A stretch of 44,690 nucleotides of DNA from a virus (taxonomy: Duplodnaviria; Caudoviricetes). Below, piece after piece: positions 17,515 to 27,594 of the stretch. The notes under the pieces were generated by a model, which was given only the letters and a program-made list of their open reading frames with translations, did no database searches and was not told the origin of the DNA. Every line of letters begins with the position of its first letter. Position 1 is the stretch's first letter. A program made the position numbers and the translations under genes. Location of the stretch: the IMG/VR virus record IMGVR_UViG_3300011439_000026, positions 1-44,690 of that record. One strand, given 5' to 3'.

Positions 17515-18636
17515 GTGTCACTGATGACGTTAGGACACAGCTTGCTCGGCGCGCCCGAGATCGCCGAAGGGCGGCCGCTGAGCAAGTACGATCAAATCAA
17601 GTTTCTCATGCGCGAATCGGCGCCATGCTTGTTCCAGCCCGAGGAAGCCGAAACGCTCATTGACTACGTCATTGATGAGTCGCGCCTCCTGCGCATGATG
17701 ACGCTTGAGCCCATGGACACCAACGAGCAAACCATCCGTTTCCTTGGTTTGCCCGGTGGCGTGCTGCGCCTGGCGGTGTGCAACAGCGGGTGCGACGAGT
17801 CGGTGACCATCAACAACACCAACAAGTGCCTGAGCACCACCAGCATCGACGCCAAGTTCTACCTGTGCGACGACGAGTTGCAGGACAACCTGACCGGCGC
17901 CCAGATCGAGCAGCAGTTGAACCGCATGGTGGGCGATGCCATCAACAACGAGTTGGAATTGTTCGGCATCATGGGCAATACCAACGGCAGCTACAGCGCC
18001 GAGGTCAGCCCCCCAGCCCCGGCCCGCGTGGTCGATGAGGTCATGCACGCGCGTGACAACATCTACCGCCAGTTGCAGCAGGGGCACGTAGTCAACGCGC
18101 AAGGGCTGGGCGGCACGCTCAGCTTCCACGCGCTCAACTGCCTGTCCCGTGCGCTCCCGCCGAAGTTCCGCGTCAACCCCGAGCGGCGCCGGATCTTCAT
18201 GCACCCGGACCTGTACGAGGACTATGCCGAGCTACACAAGAACCGCGAAACGCCGCTCGGCGACACCGCACTGCTCGGGCCGACGCCGATGCGGCACCAG
18301 AGCGTGCCGATTGAGTTGGTCCCGCTCATCCCCACCAACATCCAGCGGTGCGGGTGCCAGTCGTTGCCCAGCGCCAACGGCACGTTTGCCTTTGAAACGG
18401 TGCCCAGCAACCTGATCTTTGGCGTGGAAAAGAACATCACCTTCGAGCGGTGGCGTGACGGGTGCAACCACCTAACGTGGTTCATCTACACGCTGCGGGT
18501 GGACTTCCTGGTGCTGAACGAGGATGCCACCAGCCTGCTCGACTGCATCACGCTCTCAAGCTGCGGTACGAGCACGTGCAGCGTGGTGCCGCTGCCCGAC
18601 GGGCGGTGCTTTGCCTGCGTGCCCTGCGGCACCTAA
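17515..18636 (+). CDS. major capsid protein (HK97 fold, XkdG-like)
   Basis: FQPEEAETLIDYVIDESRLL, NELELFGIMG, ALPPKFR, PSNLIFGVEKNITFE, FIYTLRVDF; size and position fit. Confidence 0.85.
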   Translation: MSLMTLGHSLLGAPEIAEGRPLSKYDQIKFLMRESAPCLFQPEEAETLIDYVIDESRLLRMMTLEPMDTNEQTIRFLGLPGGVLRLAVCNSGCDESVTINNTNKCLSTTSIDAKFYLCDDELQDNLTGAQIEQQLNRMVGDAINNELELFGIMGNTNGSYSAEVSPPAPARVVDEVMHARDNIYRQLQQGHVVNAQGLGGTLSFHALNCLSRALPPKFRVNPERRRIFMHPDLYEDYAELHKNRETPLGDTALLGPTPMRHQSVPIELVPLIPTNIQRCGCQSLPSANGTFAFETVPSNLIFGVEKNITFERWRDGCNHLTWFIYTLRVDFLVLNEDATSLLDCITLSSCGTSTCSVVPLPDGRCFACVPCGT

Positions 18637-18644
18637 CTGACCTG

Positions 18645-18672
18645 GCCCCCGCCGTCACGTGACGGCGGGGGC
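18645..18672. terminator. 28-bp perfect palindrome after the capsid gene
   Basis: GCCCCCGCCGTCAC/GTGACGGCGGGGGC; no U-tract, so possibly an mRNA-stabilising hairpin rather than a terminator. Confidence 0.6.
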
Positions 18673-18817
18673 ACCCTACTCGCCACCCACTTGCATTGCC
18701 TCGCCCCCCTGTGGTCGAGGGTCCAGGCGCCGCGCCACCACCCACCATGCGCGCGGCGCCTGGCCACCGGCCCAGGCACCTAACTGGGGGCCACGCCACC
18801 CGGGAGAAAACGCTGCC

Positions 18818-19984
18818 GTGCCGACTGTCGTGCTCACACGCGCGTTAACCTTTGTAGACGGCCAACGGGTTTACCGCCGGGGCGAGCCCCAGCAGGTGAA
18901 CGATGGCGATTACCTGCGGCTCCTGGCCTTGGGCGACTTTGCCGACCCCACGCAGGAGTTCAACGCCATCAACCCGGCCTACCTGCGGCGCGCGCCTGAG
19001 GGCACGCTGGTGCCGGTGCTGCGCACCGGGGGCCTGGGCGATGTGCTCATGGCCGCGGTGGCGGTGCGGGCGGCAGCGGTGCGCTACCCCAGGCTGCGGT
19101 TTGGCTACTACACCGGGGCGGACTTTGTGCCCCTGTTCCAAGGGCAGCCCTGGCTGGCGGCGGTGGACCAAACCGGCAACCTGCACGGCCGCCAAAACTG
19201 GGTGATTGACCTGCGGGGGTACAGCGAGCGCGAGCGCCGTGAGCGCAAGGAGCGCATCGGCGTGTTTATCGAGCACCTGCTCGGGCGTGATGCCCCCCTG
19301 GCCGACCGCACGCTGCACGGCATTGTGCGCCCGGGCCTGGCCGACGCTGCCCGGGGGCGGGCCATCCTCAACAGCGAACGCCCCGTGGTGGGCATCGTCA
19401 ACAACAGCCACAGCGCCGGGGGCTACCGCAACTGGCCGACCAGTTACGTCGAGCGCCTGGCCGCCCTGGTGCATGACCACGGGTGGCGGGCGGCCATCCT
19501 GGACGACCGCGGCTACACCATGAGCCACCCGCTGGCCGCGGCGCGGGCCATCAACCTGACGGGCCGGCTGACCTTGCTGGACCTGTGCGCGGTCATGGCC
19601 GCGTGCCAGGTGGTGGTGGCGCCCGATACGGGCACGTTCCACCTGGGTGAGGCCCTGGGCGTGCCCACCATTGGGTACTTCACCATGGTGCCGCCCGAAG
19701 TGCGCAGCGCGGGCTATCGCCACGTGCGGACCTTTTACGCTGGCATCCCCTGTGCCCCGTGTTACCACGCGCCCACCTGCGGCGCCCAGGCGCGCGATGC
19801 CGAGTGCGCCAAGGCCATCACGCCTGAGGCCGTGTTTGCCGAGGCCCTGTGGATGGCTGAAAACCCACCCCCGTATGCCGACAATCGGGCCGGCAACAAC
19901 GTGCGCCACGGGCAGCCGGTGGCGTTCCGGCAGCCGGTGTTCCACGTGGAACACCCGGCAAATCACATGTTGGCAGGAGTTTAG
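18818..19984 (+). CDS. GT9 (heptosyltransferase-like) glycosyltransferase with short N-terminal YqbF-like extension
   Basis: RTGGLGDVLM, NLTGRLTL, APDTGTFHLGEALGVPTIGYF, CAPC...C...C; GGAG RBS before GTG 18818. Confidence 0.85.
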   Translation: MPTVVLTRALTFVDGQRVYRRGEPQQVNDGDYLRLLALGDFADPTQEFNAINPAYLRRAPEGTLVPVLRTGGLGDVLMAAVAVRAAAVRYPRLRFGYYTGADFVPLFQGQPWLAAVDQTGNLHGRQNWVIDLRGYSERERRERKERIGVFIEHLLGRDAPLADRTLHGIVRPGLADAARGRAILNSERPVVGIVNNSHSAGGYRNWPTSYVERLAALVHDHGWRAAILDDRGYTMSHPLAAARAINLTGRLTLLDLCAVMAACQVVVAPDTGTFHLGEALGVPTIGYFTMVPPEVRSAGYRHVRTFYAGIPCAPCYHAPTCGAQARDAECAKAITPEAVFAEALWMAENPPPYADNRAGNNVRHGQPVAFRQPVFHVEHPANHMLAGV

Positions 19985-19987
19985 CGC

Positions 19988-20797
19988 ATGCCCATCCGCA
20001 CGCTGCACGGGGTCATCGCGGGCATGCTGGCCCGGCAGGACTTGCTGAAAACCACTGGCACGCTCGAAGCGGCCGGCATCATCCACAGCCTGCTCTACAC
20101 CCCCGGCCGGCCAGGGGCTGGGGTGGCCCCCACGCCTGGGCTGGCCGGGGTGGCGCTGACGAGCTACGGCGGGCAGATCCCCCACCAAGATGCCCCCGTC
20201 TTGCAGCAAACCTACCTGGCGCAATTCGAAGCCGTGGCCAACCAGGTGGGCAGCCTCCTGGTGTGGGACCGGCTGTGGCACAACAGCGGCATTGCGGTCA
20301 CGACCACGGGGGCACAGGCCATCAACAGCGTGGCCCTGCCGCCGCGCGACCGCCTGGGCACGGCCGATGGTGATGGGGTGTTGGTGGGCATCGAGGTCAG
20401 TGCCGCCACCACCAATGGGGGGGCGATCACCAACACCACCCTGGGGTACACCAACAGCAACGGCGTCGCAGGGCGCACGGCCACGCTGGCGAGCTTCCCC
20501 GCCACTGCGGTGCTCGGCACCTTTGTGCCCTTTGCCTTGCAGGGCGGCGACGGTGGGGTGCGCAGTGTGCAGTCCCTCACCCTGGGCACGAGCTACGGCG
20601 GTGGGGCCATCCACCTGGTGGCCTACCGCCCCATGGCTGGCCTTGGCCTGCCCATGCCGGGCGTCATGGTCAAGGGCAACGTGGTGGAACTGGGGTTCAA
20701 CCGCCTTTTTGATGGCACGGTGCCCTGGCCCCTGTGGGTGGCGGCGAGCACTGCGGCGGTGCAGGTGGTGGGTGCCATTGCGGAGACCCAGGGATGA
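19988..20797 (+). CDS. putative virion structural protein
   Basis: AGGAG RBS; Gly/Thr/Ala-rich beta-type composition inside the head-tail block. Confidence 0.65.
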   Translation: MPIRTLHGVIAGMLARQDLLKTTGTLEAAGIIHSLLYTPGRPGAGVAPTPGLAGVALTSYGGQIPHQDAPVLQQTYLAQFEAVANQVGSLLVWDRLWHNSGIAVTTTGAQAINSVALPPRDRLGTADGDGVLVGIEVSAATTNGGAITNTTLGYTNSNGVAGRTATLASFPATAVLGTFVPFALQGGDGGVRSVQSLTLGTSYGGGAIHLVAYRPMAGLGLPMPGVMVKGNVVELGFNRLFDGTVPWPLWVAASTAAVQVVGAIAETQG

Positions 20798-21384
20798 TGC
20801 CGCTCCACGGGGTCGGCGGGGTGGCCGGGCAGCAGATGTTCAATGCCGGCGACCTGGTGTTGCCTGGGCCCCTGAAAGAAATCGGCGAGCAGTGGGTGTT
20901 CGGTCGCACCGTGCGCGCGGACCTGGATGCCACGGCCGACGAGTTGGCCGGCCAGGGCATCCGCTACGCGGCGGCCTTTCGGCAGGCAGCCCTTGAAAAC
21001 CTGTTCGCGCACTTCATCACGGGTGCCCACCACGCCGCGCTCGATGATGCCCAGGTGGTGCTGACCGATGACACCCTGATTGCGGACCCCGAGTGCCAGG
21101 CCCTGCACCTGAGCAGCCGCGAAAGCATCGAAGCCCTGCGCCAGCCAAACGAAATCGTGGAGGAGGAAATGCGCCACTGGATAAGGACGCCAATCCAGCA
21201 AATCCTTGCCGGACCGTTTGGGCAATGGCGCACGCTCCTCGCGGCAAAGTTTGCCCAGGTCGCTGCCGCGGTCCACGAGGTCGCGCTTGCCGACTTGCTT
21301 GAACGGGACCTGCCGACCGAGCACCCCACTTGCCAGCCGCTGCTCAACCTGACACGGGCACAGGTTGCTGGGGAGCAGTTCTAA
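20794..21384 (+). CDS. hypothetical protein
   Basis: ATGA overlap upstream, TAATG overlap downstream, high GC3. Confidence 0.6.
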   Translation: MMPLHGVGGVAGQQMFNAGDLVLPGPLKEIGEQWVFGRTVRADLDATADELAGQGIRYAAAFRQAALENLFAHFITGAHHAALDDAQVVLTDDTLIADPECQALHLSSRESIEALRQPNEIVEEEMRHWIRTPIQQILAGPFGQWRTLLAAKFAQVAAAVHEVALADLLERDLPTEHPTCQPLLNLTRAQVAGEQF

Positions 21385-22622
21385 TGGCCAACGTTTGGCA
21401 CTGCGGGTTTGAGACGACGACGGCAACGAATGGGTATGAATACGACGCGATCACCGGCGCCGGGGTGTCGAGTGTCGCGACGCCGACTCATGGCTCGGGC
21501 ACTGCGGCAGGGGCCGGCGACTACGGGATCCGGAGCGTGCGGGTTTTACATCCGGTCGCGGCGACAAGCTATTTCCAGCACCAGTTCGGCGTCGCCGGCA
21601 ACACCGGGACCGACTGGTACATGTTCACCGCTGTGCGCTGGGCGGTGCTCCCGGACGCCGAGACGGTTTTCTTTTTCATCATGAATACGTTGATTGGCGT
21701 GCATTCAATCCGCATCACCACGGCGGGGGTGATCAAGCTCTACCGCGAGGACACGCAGGCCCAGGTGGGCAGCGACGGGCCGGCACTTGCCACGGACACG
21801 TGGTACTGGATCGGCGTTGCGTATGCGCCGTCAACCGGTGCACTGACCGTTTACCTGTGCGAGCAGGGGCAGGCGTTGTTGCCCGTCATTACCGGCACCG
21901 GCAATGCGGGCCAGGCGACGGCGCGCATCCGCCTCGGGATGTTCAAGATCGACGCGACGAACGTAACCGGCGAAGTCTACTTTGACGACTGCGTGGTGAA
22001 CAATTCCGCGGGCACCACCAACAACGTTATCCCACAGGAAACGTTCATCCCCGCGCTGCGGCCCAATGCCGCTGGGGACTTTAACGAGTGCTCGGCTGGC
22101 GACTGGTCGGCGATTGACGAGGCTGTTCCTGACGAGGGGGTGACGCTCGCGATCCTCGACGCCAACGGCGACCGGTTGGACGTGAACATCGAACCGTTCA
22201 ACTTTGCCTTCTCGCATGAGCTGGTCAAGTTTGCGGGTGTCTGGTCACGGAGCCGTGCCGCTACGGCCGCGTCCGAATCGTGGCGGCGGCGGTTCAAGAG
22301 CCAAGCATCGGGCACGTTGCTCGAAGATGCGGCCGACATTACGCACAACGACACCACGTTCCGCACCAACGGCGACGTGGCACCACTGCTGCCGCTCGTT
22401 GCCCAAACAGACCCGCAAACGGCGGGGTTGCACCTGACCTACGCCAAGCTCGCCGGGGCGCAGATCGGCAAGCGCGCGGTGGACGCGGCGCCCGATATCG
22501 AGACCACGCAGATGTGGCTTTACGTCGCGCTTTCCCGCGGTGCGGTCATGCTCAACCCCGCCGTGGTTGAGTCGGTGTCGGCGCTGGGGCTTGTCGAAGG
22601 CCCGTTGCTCAAGGTGGCCTGA
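21384..22622 (+). CDS. virion protein with LamG/concanavalin-like domain
   Basis: CGFE start, LATDTWYWIGV, GEVYFDDCVV typical of jelly-roll lectin domains. Confidence 0.65.
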   Translation: MANVWHCGFETTTATNGYEYDAITGAGVSSVATPTHGSGTAAGAGDYGIRSVRVLHPVAATSYFQHQFGVAGNTGTDWYMFTAVRWAVLPDAETVFFFIMNTLIGVHSIRITTAGVIKLYREDTQAQVGSDGPALATDTWYWIGVAYAPSTGALTVYLCEQGQALLPVITGTGNAGQATARIRLGMFKIDATNVTGEVYFDDCVVNNSAGTTNNVIPQETFIPALRPNAAGDFNECSAGDWSAIDEAVPDEGVTLAILDANGDRLDVNIEPFNFAFSHELVKFAGVWSRSRAATAASESWRRRFKSQASGTLLEDAADITHNDTTFRTNGDVAPLLPLVAQTDPQTAGLHLTYAKLAGAQIGKRAVDAAPDIETTQMWLYVALSRGAVMLNPAVVESVSALGLVEGPLLKVA

Positions 22623-24985
22623 TGCTGAACCTGCTGCTCAACAAGTGGATTGACCGGCTGGCGCGGCGCATTGCTGCGCAGCAGCAGCCGCACCTGCGCA
22701 TCATTGGCAACAGCAACCTGGGCTACCGCCGCGTTGGGGACCTGCTGACCTTTTATGCCGCCACCAGCCTGGCCACCGGGGCACGCAACGACGCGGATAG
22801 TGCGCCCACGTACATCATTTACGAGGAGGAAAACGCCACCGAAATCGTCACCAGCACCAGCATGGCGCTGCTGGACGCAAGCACGACCGATGGCCTTTAC
22901 AGCGAGCAGGTGACGCTGGCCGAGGCCACGGGGTACGAGTTCCAGAAGGATTACCTGGTTTACATCACGGCCACGGTATCCAGCATCGTGAGCCATGCGA
23001 TGTACTCGTTCCGCATTGGCCCCGAGGGCGCGCTTGCCTCGGCCAATGCGCAGGCAGGTGCAGCAGGGAGCATCACGCTGGCGTCGGCGGCGTCAACGAC
23101 CGACGACATGTACACCGGCCTGGTGGTAGCCATCATTGGTGGCTCAGGTGTTGGGCAGTCGCGCGTCATTACCGACTATGTGGGTTCAACGCGCGTGGCC
23201 ACGATTGAGCCCAACTGGATTAGCACCCCAACGTCGTCCTCTATCTACGCGCTGTTCCATGCTGGCCGCGTGGCCGTGCACACCGATGGCATCACGGATG
23301 CTTCGCTGGCGACGGAAGCAATCACGGCCGACGCAATCGCTACCGACGCCGTCAACGAAATCGCCGCGGCTACGACTGACCAGGTGTGGGATGAACCCAT
23401 TGCCGGCCACCTATCCGCAGGCTCCACCGGCGAAGCGCTCGACAACGCGGGCGGCGGGGCGACCCCCGCGGCGATCGCGGACGCCGTTTGGGATGAACTG
23501 CGTGCGGGGCACGTCGTCGCTGGCTCCTTTGGCGAGGGGGTGGCGAGCGTCCAGGGCAACGTCACGGGCAACGTGGTGGGCAGCACAGGGTCGGTGGTGG
23601 GCAACGTGGGTGGCAACGTGGTGGGCTCAGTGGGCAGCGTCACCGGCAACGTGGGCGGCAATGTTGTGGGCAGCGTGGGGTCCATTGCACCTGGTGGCCT
23701 GACTGCGGCGAGCACGGACGCCACCTTTACCACCGAGCTTGAGGACACCGTGTGGGATGCCACCCTGGCCAACCACCTGGATGCCGGCAGCACCGGCGAA
23801 GCGCTCAACGACGCCGCAGCCGGCGGTGCCACCCCGGCCGCGATCGCCGATGCCGTGTGGGATGAGCTACGCGCTGGGCATGTGGTGGCTGGCTCTTTTG
23901 GTGAGGGCGTGGCCAGCGTGCAGGGCAACGTCACCGGTAGCGTGGGTTCGGTCACCGGCAACGTTGGTGGCAACGTGGTCGGGAGCGTGGGCAGTGTCGT
24001 TGGCAACCTGGGTGGCAACGTGGTGGGCAACGTCAACGGCAACGTGGTGGGCTCGGTCGGCAGCGTGGCCGCTGGTGGCATCACCGCGCCATCCTTTGCC
24101 GCCGGTGCCATTGATGCGGCAGCCGTGGCCACCAATGCCATTGATGCGGATGCCCTGGCCACTGATGCCGTCAACGAAATCGCCGCGGCCACCACGGACC
24201 AGGTGTGGGACGAGCCCATTGCCGGCCACCTGGTGGTGGGCAGCACCGGCGAAGCCCTGAACAATGCCGCCGCGGGTGGGGCCACCCCTGCTGCCATTGC
24301 CGATGCCGTTTGGGATGAACTGCGTGCAGGCCACGTGCTTGCGGGCAGCTTTGGCGAGGGCGTTGCCAGTGTGCAGGGCAACGTGACCGGCAGCGTTGGC
24401 TCAGTCACGGGCAACGTGGGCGGTTCGGTGGGTTCCGTGGTGGGCTCGGTGGGTTCGGTGGTGGGCAACGTGGGCGGCAACGTGGTGGGCAGCACCGGCT
24501 CAGTCGTGGGCAACGTCGGTGGCAACGTGGTGGGCAGCGTGGGCTCGGTCGCTGCCGGTGGCATCACCGCGCCATCCTTTGCCGCCGGTGCCATCACGGC
24601 CGCCGCTACGGACGCCACCTTTGCCACCGAGCTTGAGGACACCGTGTGGGATGCCCCCCTGGCCAACCACCTGGATGTCGGCAGCACCGGCGAGGCCCTG
24701 GACAACGCATCGACCGGTGGCGGGGGCACCGACTGGACTGGCTCCGAGCGCGAACAAATCCGCCAGGCCCTGGGGGTTACGGGCGTCGTGGCCGCCACCA
24801 CCGGGGCCGGCACGTTGGAGTTGGCAGCCGCCGCCATCAATGCCGACACCGATGACATCCAGGCCCGGCTGCCGGCCACCCTCAATGGTGGGCGCATGCG
24901 CAGCCACGTCGAAGCCTGCGACCCGCCCTGCACTGGGGGTGGGGGTGGCGCGACGGCGGATGACTTTGAGGCGGTGCCCGGTTGA
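22622..24985 (+). CDS. repetitive fibre-like virion protein
   Basis: Three copies of GGATPAAIADAVWDELRAGHVxAGSFGEGVASVQGNVTG, each followed by GNVxG/GSVxG runs; further blocks occur twice. Confidence 0.75.
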   Translation: MLNLLLNKWIDRLARRIAAQQQPHLRIIGNSNLGYRRVGDLLTFYAATSLATGARNDADSAPTYIIYEEENATEIVTSTSMALLDASTTDGLYSEQVTLAEATGYEFQKDYLVYITATVSSIVSHAMYSFRIGPEGALASANAQAGAAGSITLASAASTTDDMYTGLVVAIIGGSGVGQSRVITDYVGSTRVATIEPNWISTPTSSSIYALFHAGRVAVHTDGITDASLATEAITADAIATDAVNEIAAATTDQVWDEPIAGHLSAGSTGEALDNAGGGATPAAIADAVWDELRAGHVVAGSFGEGVASVQGNVTGNVVGSTGSVVGNVGGNVVGSVGSVTGNVGGNVVGSVGSIAPGGLTAASTDATFTTELEDTVWDATLANHLDAGSTGEALNDAAAGGATPAAIADAVWDELRAGHVVAGSFGEGVASVQGNVTGSVGSVTGNVGGNVVGSVGSVVGNLGGNVVGNVNGNVVGSVGSVAAGGITAPSFAAGAIDAAAVATNAIDADALATDAVNEIAAATTDQVWDEPIAGHLVVGSTGEALNNAAAGGATPAAIADAVWDELRAGHVLAGSFGEGVASVQGNVTGSVGSVTGNVGGSVGSVVGSVGSVVGNVGGNVVGSTGSVVGNVGGNVVGSVGSVAAGGITAPSFAAGAITAAATDATFATELEDTVWDAPLANHLDVGSTGEALDNASTGGGGTDWTGSEREQIRQALGVTGVVAATTGAGTLELAAAAINADTDDIQARLPATLNGGRMRSHVEACDPPCTGGGGGATADDFEAVPG

Positions 24986-25137
24986 ACTGCGCCGTGCTGA
25001 TCATTGCGGGCATTGCGCTCGGGTTTTTGGCTGGGGTGTTTGCCATGGGCTTGCTAGTCAGCAACAAGGCCGCCGCCGGCCGGCCCCCCTGGCCAACGTC
25101 ACCGCCCACCGAGGAGAACGATCAAGATGGCAGTTGA
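24982..25137 (+). CDS. small single-TM protein (51 aa; absent from ORF track)
   Basis: TTG 24982 overlapping upstream TGA; MNCAVLIIAGIALGFLAGVFAMGLLVSNK... Confidence 0.55.
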   Translation: MNCAVLIIAGIALGFLAGVFAMGLLVSNKAAAGRPPWPTSPPTEENDQDGS

Positions 25138-26119
25138 ACGCGGTGCCGCCCAGCAGGGCCACACGGTGCGGCTGCGGGCGATCTTCCGCAAGGCGGGATC
25201 GCTGATCGACCCGTTCCAGGTGCGCCAGGTGGAAATCCGCTCCAACGACAGCGTGGTGCTCGCCACTTTCACCGGCGCCAGCATCGTGCGCGAGTCGCTG
25301 GGGACCTTTTACGTCGATTGGTTTACGCCCAACGACGAGCCGCCCACCGTGCATTTTGACCGTTGGTACGCCACGGCCTTGTCGGGCATGGCCGAGGAGC
25401 AGTTTGAGTTCCACTTTTTGGTGCTGCCATTTTCGGCTGTGCTGCCCGGTGCTTTCTACATGACCACCGACGAGTTGTTGGAGTTCTTGCCCGACGACAC
25501 CGAGGCCACCCCGGCGGACCTTGAATACCAGTTGTTGCTGGGCCAGGACATTTTTGAAAACAAAACCGGCCGCAACTTTTTGCCGCTGACCGAGGCCCGC
25601 ACCTTTGATGGCAGCGGCCGGGCGGTGCTGCCCATTGCTGACCCCATCCTGCGCGTCAGCGCGGCGCGCATACTGGGGTGCACCCCCGGTTGTGACGACA
25701 CGGGCACGGCCATTGACCCGTGCCTTATCCGCATCACGAGGAGCCGCACCTTTTTGGCCTTGGGCAACGTGGTGCCGGGCAGCCAACGGTACGCGCGGCC
25801 CTGGCGCACCCCGGGGTGTTGTGGGGTGTGGCCTGCGGGCACCCAAAACATCCAGATCACCGGCGACTGGGGCCTTTACGACGTGGTGCCGCGGCCCATC
25901 AAGGCCGCCCTGGGCGCGCTGATCCGCGAAGCCATGCGCTGCGACGACGCGCGCGAATTGCCAAGCGCCGAGTTTGAGGCCGAGGCCATGCCCGGGGACC
26001 GCAGCTACACCCTGCGCAAGGTGTGGCAGAACGTCACCGCTAACGCGGGCACCGGTTACCCCGGCATTGACGCCATCCTGCACGACTTCACGCGGCAAGT
26101 GGAGGCCGCCACGGCCTAG
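25127..26119 (+). CDS. head-tail adaptor/connector with N-terminal extra domain
   Basis: IFENKTGRNF..RTFDGSG, NIQITGDWG..VPRPIKAA typical of gp6/gp15-like connectors. Confidence 0.7.
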   Translation: MAVERGAAQQGHTVRLRAIFRKAGSLIDPFQVRQVEIRSNDSVVLATFTGASIVRESLGTFYVDWFTPNDEPPTVHFDRWYATALSGMAEEQFEFHFLVLPFSAVLPGAFYMTTDELLEFLPDDTEATPADLEYQLLLGQDIFENKTGRNFLPLTEARTFDGSGRAVLPIADPILRVSAARILGCTPGCDDTGTAIDPCLIRITRSRTFLALGNVVPGSQRYARPWRTPGCCGVWPAGTQNIQITGDWGLYDVVPRPIKAALGALIREAMRCDDARELPSAEFEAEAMPGDRSYTLRKVWQNVTANAGTGYPGIDAILHDFTRQVEAATA

Positions 26120-26121
26120 CC

Positions 26122-27594
26122 ATGGCACTCACCCGCACCAGCCGTAGCCGCCTGTTTGACCGCGTGGTGCGGGTTGAGCGGCGGCACCGCAACCGGGACT
26201 TCATGGGCGGGAGCTTTGCCGACTACGAAACGATCATCCCCCGTTACCACGTGCGCCTGTGGCCTGATACGCACCGCCGCCGCCAGCGCGAAGAAACGGG
26301 CGAGGTGTTGGCCGACCCCCAGGCGTTCCGCGCCCTGGGCAACCCGTCGCACAACGGGCGCACCATCATGTACGGCGACCGCTTTGTGGACGACAAGAAC
26401 CACCAGTGCTACAAGGTGGTCAGCGTGTGGCGCCCCAAGGGGCGTGCGGGGTGGTCGCTGACCAACCAGTTTGAACTGCGCATCATTGAGGACTGCCCCC
26501 AGGCCGCCGCCGCCGTGGGCAGTGCCATTGCCGGCACCGCGGGTGCCGATGCAGGTGGCGCACAACAGCACTTTATCCTGCGGCACTTTGGCCAGGACCA
26601 ATTGGCCGGCTGGGAGTCGCTACCCTATTTTGACGGGTTTGTGTACAACCTGCAAACCGATGACCCCGCCGACCTACTGACCCTGGCCAACGCCGTGGCC
26701 TCGGGCAAACGGTGGTTCAGGTACTACAACGTGCAGTCGTACCCGTATTCGGGCACCGAGCTTGGGGGCCTCACGCCACCGCTGGCGGCTTGGTTCAACT
26801 GGCTGCGCGACAACGTGCAGTTCCTGGGCACGGCCAGCCACCGCCGCATGCGGGTGGCCACCCAGGTGGCGCTGTTCCCCGGTTCGGCTTCGCCGCTTGG
26901 GCAGCAATATGAACTAATCCCCTGGGGTGTGTGCGACCCCGCCGAGCGCCAGGCCGCCGTGCAACAAATGGCCGACCTGGCCAACAACCCGGGGAGCATG
27001 CCGCTGCCCGTGCAGGGCGTGTTCCTTGACCAGGCATGGCTCAAGGTCGAAGGCTTCCAGGTCGAAAGCAACCTGTTTGCCGAGTCGGGCCACGGCGATA
27101 CCCAGGAAAGCGGCCCCCCGCTGACGGCCCTGAGCTTTGGCGACACCACCACCGCGTTTGGCGACGGTGGCCCGTGGACCACGCACACCACGGCCATGAT
27201 GGACCTTTACGCCGCAATGGCCACGGCACTGCCGGCGGGGCAGTACGCCATCAAGAACGGCGAGCACCGGGAACAAAACGGCCAGCGCATCCCCAAGCCC
27301 TGGTACTTCGAAAACGCCTGGGACTCCAACGTGGACGGTGGCACACAACCCGACCGGTGGGCATTTGCCAAGGCCGAGTTTGCGACCGACCAGCGGAACG
27401 TGCTCTCGATCCTCTGCTCGGCCGCACCGAACGCGACGATCGGGGTGCCCGAGGCCATTGACCATTGGGAGCAAGTCGGCGGGTGGTTGGCCTTCACGCA
27501 CCAGGGTGACCCGGGTGACCCTGGCGACATCAATGCCGAAATCGCCTACGCCGAGGCCGCCGCGCGGCTGGCGCAACTGGGGTGGCCCCGCTAA
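26122..27594 (+). CDS. head-closure-like N-terminus fused to a putative glycoside-hydrolase-like TIM barrel
   Basis: First ~125 aa resemble a stopper (RDFMGG...IMYGDRF..YKVVSV); after an Ala/Gly linker comes a domain with GVFLDQAW that is paralogous to 42651-43523. Confidence 0.6.
   Translation: MALTRTSRSRLFDRVVRVERRHRNRDFMGGSFADYETIIPRYHVRLWPDTHRRRQREETGEVLADPQAFRALGNPSHNGRTIMYGDRFVDDKNHQCYKVVSVWRPKGRAGWSLTNQFELRIIEDCPQAAAAVGSAIAGTAGADAGGAQQHFILRHFGQDQLAGWESLPYFDGFVYNLQTDDPADLLTLANAVASGKRWFRYYNVQSYPYSGTELGGLTPPLAAWFNWLRDNVQFLGTASHRRMRVATQVALFPGSASPLGQQYELIPWGVCDPAERQAAVQQMADLANNPGSMPLPVQGVFLDQAWLKVEGFQVESNLFAESGHGDTQESGPPLTALSFGDTTTAFGDGGPWTTHTTAMMDLYAAMATALPAGQYAIKNGEHREQNGQRIPKPWYFENAWDSNVDGGTQPDRWAFAKAEFATDQRNVLSILCSAAPNATIGVPEAIDHWEQVGGWLAFTHQGDPGDPGDINAEIAYAEAAARLAQLGWPR

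Noticed and set aside
19610-19626. Self-target of the left tract (GT.GT.GT.GC.CC matches the VVVAP codons of the GT9 gene)
   Set aside because: Only five dinucleotides match and the flanking ones do not; expected by chance.
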